From Dehalococcoidia bacterium (GTDB taxonomy: Bacteria; Chloroflexota; Dehalococcoidia; UBA2979), in the NCBI GenBank assembly GCA_020845735.1, contig JADLFF010000017.1:8704-72703 (forward strand): a stretch of DNA of 64,000 nt. The letters run 5' to 3'. The notes under the pieces are model-generated. The model was given only the letters and a program-made list of their open reading frames with translations. It was not told where the DNA came from and ran no database searches. Position 1 is the stretch's first letter. Every line of letters starts with the position of its first letter. Made by a program: the position numbers and the translations under genes. Of the stretch, positions 37,125 to 45,490 are shown one piece after another.

Positions 37125-38240
37125 CTAGTCGCCCACGGCCTCCAGCATGAGCGGCGGGGTGCCGCAGAACTGGTCGTAGTCGATGAGCTCGTTCACCGTC
37201 GGGTTGTCACCGCAGAGGGGGCACGCCGGGTCGCGGCGGATGCGCATCGTGCGGAACTCCATCGTGAGGGCATCGACGAGCAGGAGCCGGCCGACGAGCG
37301 GCTCGCCGATCTCGAGGACCTGCTTGAAGACCTCGGTGGCCTGGATGGAGCCGATGATCCCCGTGATCGCGCCAAGCACGCCGGCCTCGGCGCACGAGGG
37401 CACCAGCCCCGGGGGAGGCGGCGAGGGGTAGAGGCAGCGGTAGCAGCCCTGGCCGGGCTTGTAGACCGTCGCCTGCCCGTCGAAGAGCAGGATCGAGCCG
37501 TCGACCAGCGTCTTGCCGAGCAGGTAGGCGGCGTCGTTGACGAGATAGCGGGTCGCGAAGTTGTCCGCGCCGTTCACGATGATGTCGTAGTCCCGGATGA
37601 TCTCCATCGCGTTGTCCGAGGTGATCGGCATCTCGTGGAGGCGGACATTCACCCCCGGGTTGTACGCGTTGAGCGTCTCCTGGGCGGACAGGGCCTTGCG
37701 CTTCCCGACATCGGCAGTCTGGTGCAGCAGCTGCCGCTGGAGGTTCGAGAGGTCGACCGTGTCGAACTCGACGATCCCGACTGTGCCCACACCCGCCAGC
37801 GCGAGGTAGATCGCCACCGGGGAGCCCAGCCCGCCGGCACCGATGATCAGGACCTTCGCGGCCTTGAGCTTGCGCTGCCCGACCGGCCCCACCTGGCCCA
37901 TGATGATGTGGCGCGAGTAGCGCATGACCTCGTCGGCGGAGAGCGCCTGCGAGGCAACACCGTCGGAACCACCCGCGAGCGCTGGGATTACCGCCACCTG
38001 GTCACCGTCCTCGACCTGCGTGTCCACGCCCGACAGGTCGTGGATCTCCTGGTTGTTCACGTAGATGTTGATGTGCCTCGGCACGCGGCGGTCACTGTCG
38101 TAGACCAGCATGTCGAAGCCCGGGTACTGGGCGTTCACCGCGTCGAGGACCTCGCTGATGTTGCGGCCCTCGACGCTGACGTACTCGCGGTTCGCCGTAA
38201 GGCGGCGGAACGGCGAGGGAATGTAGACGCTCACCGCCAC
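37125..38240 (-). CDS. fusion protein: N-terminal ThiS/MoaD-like beta-grasp domain (ends ...ALAGG-SDG) joined to MoeB/ThiF-type E1 adenylyltransferase with C-terminal CxxC...CxxC zinc site
   Basis: Residues 1-91 resemble the neighbouring CysO (VSVEGRNISEVLDAVNAQYPGF...VAVIPALAGG). Residues 110-371 show E1 motifs (RYSRHI, LIIGAGGLGS, CYRC, CPLCG). Confidence 0.75.
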   Translation of the reverse strand: MAVSVYIPSPFRRLTANREYVSVEGRNISEVLDAVNAQYPGFDMLVYDSDRRVPRHINIYVNNQEIHDLSGVDTQVEDGDQVAVIPALAGGSDGVASQALSADEVMRYSRHIIMGQVGPVGQRKLKAAKVLIIGAGGLGSPVAIYLALAGVGTVGIVEFDTVDLSNLQRQLLHQTADVGKRKALSAQETLNAYNPGVNVRLHEMPITSDNAMEIIRDYDIIVNGADNFATRYLVNDAAYLLGKTLVDGSILLFDGQATVYKPGQGCYRCLYPSPPPPGLVPSCAEAGVLGAITGIIGSIQATEVFKQVLEIGEPLVGRLLLVDALTMEFRTMRIRRDPACPLCGDNPTVNELIDYDQFCGTPPLMLEAVGD

Positions 38241-38340
38241 CCTGGTGTCCTCTCGCTGACCGCTCCCGCGAGCGGCTCCGTTACGTCCGATTGTGCCAAT
38301 ACGAGCCGCTTCACGCTCGTGAGTGCTGCGCGCTCGCGGG

Positions 38341-39285
<945 letters not shown>

Positions 39286-39324
39286 GCCTTCCCGAACGCC
39301 GTCTCCCAGTGCGAGACGTTCAGC

Positions 39325-39771
39325 CTAGATCGAGTAGTTCGCCTGCCGCGACTGCAGTCGCTCGCGTTCGCGCGCCGCGAGGTCCGCGATCGACACTGCG
39401 GTGAGCCGCCGTCGCGTCTCGTCGTAGATGTCCCGCCAGACCCACTGCTGCCCACAGAGGACGTTGTGCTCGTGGTCGTCCGCTTCGTCCTCGAGACAGG
39501 CGAGCGGGGCGAGCGACCCCTCCAGGCTCTCGAGGGCGTGCAGGAGACACATCTCCTCGGCGGGACGGGCCAGCTCATGTCCCCCGCCGGGGCCCCTGGT
39601 GCTGCGCACGAAGCCATCGCGTCGGAGCTGGGCCAGCAGGTGATCGAGATACGACTCGGGGATCTGCTGCCGGCGCGCGATCTCGGATCGCTGCACCGGA
39701 CCGTCGCCTCCGTAGATCGCGAGGTCGATCAGCGCGCGTACACCGTAATCACCCTTGGTACTGAGTCGCAT
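39325..39771 (-). CDS. Rrf2-family transcriptional regulator (CymR/IscR-like)
   Basis: MRLSTKGDYGVRALIDLA HTH N-terminus typical of Rrf2; Cys residues in the C-terminal half. Confidence 0.8.
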   Translation of the reverse strand: MRLSTKGDYGVRALIDLAIYGGDGPVQRSEIARRQQIPESYLDHLLAQLRRDGFVRSTRGPGGGHELARPAEEMCLLHALESLEGSLAPLACLEDEADDHEHNVLCGQQWVWRDIYDETRRRLTAVSIADLAARERERLQSRQANYSI

Positions 39772-39794
39772 CATGCTGCGAACCCCGGCTGCCA

Positions 39795-39822
39795 TATTCT
39801 CGACTAACTTTGTCGAGTATAG
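39795..39822 (-). promoter_or_regulatory. palindromic operator candidate TATACTCGAC-N7-GTCGAGAATA overlapping a TATACT -10 box, about 25 nt upstream of the Rrf2 gene
   Basis: Seen directly. The arrangement resembles IscR/CymR-type inverted-repeat sites and suggests autoregulation. Confidence 0.4.
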
Positions 39823-39877
39823 CACCGTCTTCCGCGCGGAATGCTAGTCCCGATCACCCGACCGGCCCCCGAGTGGA

Positions 39878-40435
39878 CTACCCGCGCGACCCCTCGCGAG
39901 CACGGATCTCGACGAGCGCCCGCAGCGCCTGAGGTGACGCGTCGGGGAGATCGTCGAACGCCGACTGCAACGGCTGCGCTGCGATTTCGGACGTGGTGGG
40001 GCCATTGGGCTCGACCCGGGCGCCGGGTGGGATCGCACTCGCCGAGCCGGTCACGAAGCAGACGGTGGCTGCCGCCGTATCGAGGGCAAGCACCTGCTCG
40101 GGCCACCAGGCGAGGCGGGACGCCTTCGTTTGCAGCCCCTGTGTCAGCTGCACGCCAAACGCCGGGTCGATGGGGCCCAGCGGATACTCGCGGCAGACTC
40201 TGGAGACGCGGTCCCAGTTCGGATCGGACTTCGCCGAGCGCAGCGCGTCACGCAGTGCTCGTGCGGAATCGACGGCAGCCGACACCTCGCGAACCGTGGC
40301 TTCGACGTCTGCCTCGGAGGTGACCGCCGAGCCGGACACGGGTGGCACGGGCGTCGGCGACACCGCCACGCCGGAGGTCCCAGCGCAGCCGGCGAGCAGC
40401 GCCGCAAGACAGACCAGGACCTTCCCGAGTGTCAC
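39878..40435 (-). CDS. putative lipoprotein (signal peptide + LAGC lipobox), unknown function
   Basis: MTLGKVLVCLAALLAGCAG... N-terminus. Lies between the ThiS-like gene and the Rrf2 gene. Confidence 0.5.
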   Translation of the reverse strand: MTLGKVLVCLAALLAGCAGTSGVAVSPTPVPPVSGSAVTSEADVEATVREVSAAVDSARALRDALRSAKSDPNWDRVSRVCREYPLGPIDPAFGVQLTQGLQTKASRLAWWPEQVLALDTAAATVCFVTGSASAIPPGARVEPNGPTTSEIAAQPLQSAFDDLPDASPQALRALVEIRAREGSRG

Positions 40436-40486
40436 CCACGCCCTCGCGCATCCATGCAGAGCGGCACCTCGACTGGACGTCGCGGG

Positions 40487-40765
40487 TCAGACGCCTCCGG
40501 CGACCGCCGGCACGATCGACACCTCGTCGCCCGCCTTGAGGTCGGTCGACAGCCCCTGGAGGAAGCGCACGTCCTCGCCGTTCACGTAGATGTTGACGAA
40601 GCGACGCAGCTCGCCGGTGTCATCGCACAGCCGCTCGCGCATGCCGGGGAACTCGCTCTCGAGGTTGGCCACCAGGTCCTGCAGGGTACCGGCCTCGGTG
40701 CTCACGGTGTCGCGGTTGAGCGTGAGCGCGCGGAGGGGTGTGGGGATCTTCACAGTCACGGGCAT
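40487..40765 (-). CDS. ThiS/MoaD-family sulfur-carrier protein (C-terminus ...AVAGGV)
   Basis: 92 aa, paralogous to CysO (same FVNIY...GDEVSI..A.AGG pattern). Confidence 0.65.
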   Translation of the reverse strand: MPVTVKIPTPLRALTLNRDTVSTEAGTLQDLVANLESEFPGMRERLCDDTGELRRFVNIYVNGEDVRFLQGLSTDLKAGDEVSIVPAVAGGV

Positions 40766-40814
40766 CTTGCGTTGCTTTCCTTAGGCTCGATTGGCGGCGG
40801 GTGGCGTCCGAGGG

Positions 40815-41060
40815 CTACCCGCCCTCGACGACATCTCCCGCCAGGGAGTCGATCCGCACGCCGAGCTCCTCGGCCCAGTGCAGACTCCGGTCGATCTCGG
40901 ACGGATCCCCCTCCAGCTCGAGGATGACCCAGCCCACCTGCTCGTCGACATCCGCCATCCGGATGTTGGTGACCACCTTGAACTCGTGCCCCAGCCGGTA
41001 GATCACCGGCTCCGTGATGAGCTGGGGCTCGAACGTCAGTCGCACTCGCTTCTTGGCCAT
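40815..41060 (-). CDS. 81-aa NIL-domain-like small protein ending in -Gly-Gly, candidate sulfur carrier (MetO-like) coupled to the ThrC-like gene
   Basis: MAKKRVRLTFEPQLITEPVIYRLGHEFKVVTNIRMADVDEQVGWVILELEG...DVVEGG. Its start codon lies 1 nt after the stop of the upstream ThrC-like gene. Confidence 0.55.
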   Translation of the reverse strand: MAKKRVRLTFEPQLITEPVIYRLGHEFKVVTNIRMADVDEQVGWVILELEGDPSEIDRSLHWAEELGVRIDSLAGDVVEGG

Positions 41061-41061
41061 G

Positions 41062-42318
41062 TCAGGCACCCACTCCCGCCGGAACACGTGCGTTGCGCGC
41101 GCGCAGCGCCTCGTCGAAGGCTGCCGACCGCGCCGGGATGTGAATCGGCTCGTCCATCGAGTCGAGGACCGCCTCGACGGTCTTGAGTCCGGCGCCCGTG
41201 ATGAAGGCGACCGTCTCCTCGTTCGGGTTGATGGCGCCACTCGCGACGAGCTTCTTCAGGCAGGCGACGGTGACCCCACCCGCGGTCTCCGCGAAGATGC
41301 CCTCGGTCTCTGCGAGGAGGTAGATGCCCTCGACGATCTCCTCGTCGGTGGCCATCTCCGCGCCACCACCGGTCTCGTCCATCACCTTCAGCGCGTAGTA
41401 GCCGTCCGCCGGATTCCCGATGGCGAGCGACCTCGCGATGGTGTTCGGCTTCTGCGGCACGAAGTTGAACGTGTGATTCTGGAAGGCGGTGGCGATCGGC
41501 GAGCAGCCGCTGGCCTGCGCCCCCGACATCCGCGTGTGGGGCTCGTCGATCAGTCCCACCTTGTGGAGCTCCTGGAAGCCCTTCCAGATCTTCGTGAAGA
41601 GCGACCCGGAGGCCATCGGCGCCACGACGTGCTGAGGCGCGCGCCACCCGAGTTGCTCCGCCACCTCGTACGCGAGCGTGCGCGAGCCCTCGGCGTAGTA
41701 GGGGCGCACGTTGATGTTCACGAACGCCCAGTTGTGGTCCGCTGCCACCTCGGTGCACAGCCGGTTCACGTCGTCGTACGACCCCTCGATCATGACGAGC
41801 GTCGGGCGGTACACGCCGCTCCCGACGACCTTCCCCTGCTCGAGGTCATCGGGGATGAACACGTAGGCGTCCATCCCGGCGGCCGCGGCATGCGCGGAGA
41901 CGGAGTTCGCGAGGTTGCCCGTGCTCGCGCAGGCAATGGCCTCGAACCCGAACTGCCGCGCGCGGGCAATTGCCACGGAGACGACTCGATCCTTGAACGA
42001 CCACGTCGGGTTGACCGTGTCGTTCTTGATCCAGAGCTGCTTGAGGCCCACCGCGCGGGCGAGGCGTTTCGCATCGATCAGCGGCGTGTACCCCGTGCCG
42101 ATGTCCACCTTGTAGGCGGGATCGCAGGGGAGGAGGTCGGCGTATCGCCACAGCGTCGAGGGACCGGCCTCGATCCGGTCACGCGAGATGGACTCGCGGA
42201 TGCCGTCGTAGTCGTAGGCCACCTCGAGGGGACCGAAACAGAACTCGCATGAGAAGACGGGCGCGAGATCGTACTCGCGGCCACACTCCCGGCAGCGCAG
42301 CGCTCGTTCGAACGACAT
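41062..42318 (-). CDS. threonine synthase-family PLP enzyme with N-terminal Cys4 zinc ribbon (MetM-like candidate O-phosphohomoserine-dependent homocysteine synthase)
   Basis: Fold-type II PLP enzyme (SFKDR lysine motif) with a ThrC-like C-terminal half. CRECG...CEFC zinc ribbon. Preceded by a SAM-I riboswitch. Confidence 0.8.
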   Translation of the reverse strand: MSFERALRCRECGREYDLAPVFSCEFCFGPLEVAYDYDGIRESISRDRIEAGPSTLWRYADLLPCDPAYKVDIGTGYTPLIDAKRLARAVGLKQLWIKNDTVNPTWSFKDRVVSVAIARARQFGFEAIACASTGNLANSVSAHAAAAGMDAYVFIPDDLEQGKVVGSGVYRPTLVMIEGSYDDVNRLCTEVAADHNWAFVNINVRPYYAEGSRTLAYEVAEQLGWRAPQHVVAPMASGSLFTKIWKGFQELHKVGLIDEPHTRMSGAQASGCSPIATAFQNHTFNFVPQKPNTIARSLAIGNPADGYYALKVMDETGGGAEMATDEEIVEGIYLLAETEGIFAETAGGVTVACLKKLVASGAINPNEETVAFITGAGLKTVEAVLDSMDEPIHIPARSAAFDEALRARNARVPAGVGA

Positions 42319-42497
42319 GGGTACTGACTCCGGACCCGCGTCCTTCCGGACGCAGACAATGCAACTTGCTGGTGCCGCCTGAACGCCCGAGTCGTCACCC
42401 CTCGCGGGGTCACGATCGGGCTAGCGCATCGCCATGCCGTGTGCTGCCGCGCGGCAACGAGATGTGGAGTCGGGCTCGACCATCGAGGGGGCGCCTT

Positions 42498-42620
42498 CCG
42501 TTCATCTTCCCCGCCCGGCGTGCCGGAAGGGTCGGAATTGGCACCGTGTCCACCTCGGCGAAGGATGGCCGGTTGCCGTGGCTTCGATGGGCCGTGACCC
42601 TCAGCCACTCTGGATGAACC
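42498..42620 (-). promoter_or_regulatory. SAM-I riboswitch (S-box) aptamer in the 5-prime leader of the ThrC-like/NIL/ThiS-like operon
   Basis: Minus-strand RNA reads UUCAUCCAGAGUGGCUGAGGGUCACGGCCCAUCGAAGCCACGGCAACC...GGUGCCAAUUCC...GGAAGAUGAAC. This matches the conserved S-box blocks (GAGGGA, UGGCCC, AUGAA, GGCAACC, GGUGCCAAUUCC, GAAGAUGA), and P1 pairs UUCAUC with GAUGAA. Confidence 0.75.
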
Positions 42621-42645
42621 GCGCCCAGGGCGCAGAGTGCGTCAT

Positions 42646-42675
42646 ACGCTACGGCCCGTTTCGGAAATCTGTCAA
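42646..42675 (-). promoter_or_regulatory. candidate sigma-70 promoter TTGACA-18nt-TAGCGT about 25 nt upstream of the riboswitch
   Basis: Perfect -35 hexamer; -10 matches TAnnnT. Confidence 0.4.
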
Positions 42676-42693
42676 TCAGCGCGCACCGCGGCG

Positions 42694-42957
42694 CTAGCGG
42701 CCTCGGAGGGCACGCCGCACGCGGTCGAGGTCGACCGGGGCCTGCGTCGTGATCGCGCCGTCGACCTCGACGACAGGGATCTCGAGGAGCCAGCGCTTCG
42801 CGAGCTCGCCGTCGGAGTGGATATCGACCTCACTGAACACAAACGGGATTTCCCGGGCGAGGAGCTGCAGGCCCCGCCGCGCCTCCTCGCAGAGGTGGCA
42901 GCCCGGGGCCGAGTACAGGACCACCGAGTGCACACCGGGCACGCGCTGCGCGGCCAC
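42694..42957 (-). CDS. glutaredoxin-like protein (DUF836/Grx2 family, CHLC active site)
   Basis: VVLYSAPGCHLCEE motif. No ATG in frame; GTG start near 42957 inferred (the longer ORF-track N-terminus is Arg/Ala-rich). Confidence 0.5.
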   Translation of the reverse strand: MAAQRVPGVHSVVLYSAPGCHLCEEARRGLQLLAREIPFVFSEVDIHSDGELAKRWLLEIPVVEVDGAITTQAPVDLDRVRRALRGR

Positions 42958-42959
42958 GG

Positions 42960-43859
42960 CTAGAGATCGCCGCCGCGACGCCCGCGCGTGGGGCGCGCCG
43001 GCGCAACCACGCGAATGCGCGCCGCGCTCGGACTCGACGCAGGCGCCGGCTGCAGCGGCCGCGGATGCCTCCAGAGCCACAGCATCGCCGGGATAGAGGC
43101 AATGACGACGACCACGGCGATCATCTGAGGCACATCGAGGCCGAATGCCGCGCCCGCCGAGTCGACGCGGAGGAACGAGACCAGGAACCGGAGCACCGAG
43201 TACACGTCGAGGAACACGAAGAACAGGAGGCCGGGCCAGGCGCGCAGGCGCTCGAGCAGCACGAACATGAACCCCAGCAGGAGCAGCATGCCCAGCATCT
43301 CGTAAGTTGTGGCCGGGTGGTGCGGACCAACGGCCAGCGAGTGCGCGAAGGCCGGCGAGTCTCGATCGGTGTAGACCACACCCCACGGCAACGTGGTCGC
43401 CGTGGCGAGGTGCTCGCCGTTGATGAGGTCACCGAGGCGCCCGATCGCGAGGCCGACGAGCAGCCCGAAGGCGGCCGAGTCCAGGCCGAGCCGAACGTCG
43501 TAGCGCCGCCACATCGCGAAGAGGAGCCCCGAGAGCACACCACCGATGACGGCACCCCAGACCGAGATGCCGCCCTCGTTCAGCGCAAGGATCTCGAGCG
43601 GGCGCTCGCGGAAGAACGTCCAGTGCTCGACGACGTAGAGCATGCGCGCGCCGAGGACCCCGCCGGGCACGGCGACGAGGGAGATCGAGTACGCATCGTC
43701 CTCGTCGAAGCCGATCCGTCGCCCGATGAACAGCGCGAGCTGGACCCCCGCCAGGATGCCCACGGCGGTGAACAGTCCGTGCCACGTGAGGACGATGCCG
43801 CCGATCGTGACGATGTTCGGGTCCCACGGGATCCCGATGGCGAGCAATGGCACGACCAC
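42960..43859 (-). CDS. lgt: prolipoprotein diacylglyceryl transferase
   Basis: Lgt signature GRLGDLINGEHLG and multiple TM helices. GTG start with a GAGGGG RBS, 4 nt after the upstream stop. Confidence 0.8.
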   Translation of the reverse strand: MVVPLLAIGIPWDPNIVTIGGIVLTWHGLFTAVGILAGVQLALFIGRRIGFDEDDAYSISLVAVPGGVLGARMLYVVEHWTFFRERPLEILALNEGGISVWGAVIGGVLSGLLFAMWRRYDVRLGLDSAAFGLLVGLAIGRLGDLINGEHLATATTLPWGVVYTDRDSPAFAHSLAVGPHHPATTYEMLGMLLLLGFMFVLLERLRAWPGLLFFVFLDVYSVLRFLVSFLRVDSAGAAFGLDVPQMIAVVVVIASIPAMLWLWRHPRPLQPAPASSPSAARIRVVAPARPTRGRRGGDL

Positions 43860-43863
43860 CCCC

Positions 43864-44652
43864 TCAGGCCACGCCGAAGAGCTGGAGGTAGAGGCTGCGC
43901 ACGACCGCCGGCTCCACGCCCTCGCCGAGGAACGTGTCGCCGATGCGCACCTCAGCGTGGAGGTGCATCTCCGTGCCCGGTGCCGTGATGAACTCGGGCG
44001 TGCCCGACTCACCCACACCGCCGAGCTGCTGCCCGGCCTGGACCTGGACCCCAACTCGGATGCCCGGGGTGATCGAGCTCAGGTGGCAGTAGCGGGTCAC
44101 GATGCCCCCGCCGTGATCGACCCATACCTGGCGGCCTCGATAGGTGTCCAGCGTCTGGGGGTCCGAGAACCCCTGCTTCGCAGTGAGCTCGCCGAGCTGG
44201 CGGACCTGCTCGGGAGTGATGTCCCGGTAGTCGAGCTCCGCGCGCACGACGGTCCCTGCGTACATCGCCGTCACCGGCGTCCCGAACTGGATCACCGCGC
44301 ATGAGGACCCTGCGTAGAAGTCGAGGCCCTCGTGGACGCCGTTACGGTACGTCCGAGGAGCGTTCGGGAGCAGGGCGTCCGATTGCGGCAGGCAACCACC
44401 CTGCACGGGCCAGGCGAATGGCCTCGGGATCCGGCGATCCAGGACCGGCGAGCGCGGATCAGGCGTCGCCGAGGGCGTCACCGGCGCCGGAGTGGCCGTG
44501 CGCAGCGCGGGAGCGAGCACCAGCTCCTGCGTCGGCGTGGGAGTCGGTGGCGACGCCACGGCCTCGGAGCCGCCACACCCGACGAGCGCCAGCGCACCCA
44601 CTCGGGTCGCCAGTGTGAGGAACGCGCGGCGGCTGACTCGATGGAACTCCAC
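43864..44652 (-). CDS. M23-family peptidase, putative lipoprotein (Tat-like RRAFLTL, LVGCGG lipobox)
   Basis: C-terminal LytM domain (HGGGIVTRYCHL...GQQLGGVGESG...HLHAEV). GTG start near 44652 inferred. Confidence 0.6.
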   Translation of the reverse strand: MEFHRVSRRAFLTLATRVGALALVGCGGSEAVASPPTPTPTQELVLAPALRTATPAPVTPSATPDPRSPVLDRRIPRPFAWPVQGGCLPQSDALLPNAPRTYRNGVHEGLDFYAGSSCAVIQFGTPVTAMYAGTVVRAELDYRDITPEQVRQLGELTAKQGFSDPQTLDTYRGRQVWVDHGGGIVTRYCHLSSITPGIRVGVQVQAGQQLGGVGESGTPEFITAPGTEMHLHAEVRIGDTFLGEGVEPAVVRSLYLQLFGVA

Positions 44653-44722
44653 GCTACGAGGATGCCCATCCGCCGCCCGACCGTCAAAGGCATCAGTCAC
44701 GAGTGCGCATCGTCGGCAGCGG

Positions 44723-45490
44723 TCACGTACGTGGACGTCCGCGCGAGCGCGCGACCTCGGCGGCGGACGCGTGTGCCCGCACGGCCCACTCGTCACCCGG
44801 GACCTCAGGCAGTGACTCGTCAGGACCGTATCGGTGGCGCAGGGCCGCGAGGATCAATCGGTCCAGCAGCGCGGGATTCTTCGGCAGCACGGGCCCATGG
44901 AGGTAGGTCCCGATCGCCTCGCGGTACACCGCCCCCTCCGAGGGGTCGTCGCCGTTGTTGCCGTGGCCGAATCGCACCAGCGCGAACGGCCGTGCGCGCG
45001 GGCCGAGGTAGGTGCGCCCGCCGTGGTTCTCGAACCCCACGACCTCGCCCACGCCCTCCACGAGGGAGTCGGCAAGCACGTCACCAATGCACCGCTCCCA
45101 GCCCAGTGGAGGCGCCACTGTGGTGACATCGAAGACGCCGATGCCGGGGAGCTCGTCACCGGCGCCGGTGCGATACGCCTGGCCGAAGAGCTGGTACCCC
45201 CCGCAGATCGCGAGCACGCCCGCGCCCTCCTCGACCCAGCGATGCAGCGTGTCTCGGCGTTCGAAGAGGTCGGGCGCGACGCGCCGCTGCTCAGCGTCCT
45301 GGCCGCCCCCGATAAGCACCAGGTCCGCCTCGGTCGGCAGCGGGTCGCCGAGACCGACGTTCGCCACCTCGAGCGCCACCCCCAGCGCCCGACACCGGGC
45401 GCGGAGGGCGATGAGGTTCCCGCGATCCGCGTAGACATCCATGATGTGCGGATACAGCACGACGGCGCGGATCGCGCGTTCGAGCGTCAT
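44723..45490 (-). CDS. gatD: lipid II isoglutaminyl synthase glutaminase subunit GatD (CobB/CobQ-type GATase)
   Basis: ICGGYQ catalytic Cys motif, GATase1-like. Overlaps and follows murT. Confidence 0.75.
   Translation of the reverse strand: MTLERAIRAVVLYPHIMDVYADRGNLIALRARCRALGVALEVANVGLGDPLPTEADLVLIGGGQDAEQRRVAPDLFERRDTLHRWVEEGAGVLAICGGYQLFGQAYRTGAGDELPGIGVFDVTTVAPPLGWERCIGDVLADSLVEGVGEVVGFENHGGRTYLGPRARPFALVRFGHGNNGDDPSEGAVYREAIGTYLHGPVLPKNPALLDRLILAALRHRYGPDESLPEVPGDEWAVRAHASAAEVARSRGRPRT

Noticed and set aside
42319-42497. Rho-independent terminator as the expression platform of the SAM riboswitch
   Set aside because: The hairpin gugacccc-gcga-ggggugac has a mismatch and no U-tract. 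Regulation is more likely translational (RBS sequestration), as is common in high-GC bacteria; left unassigned.
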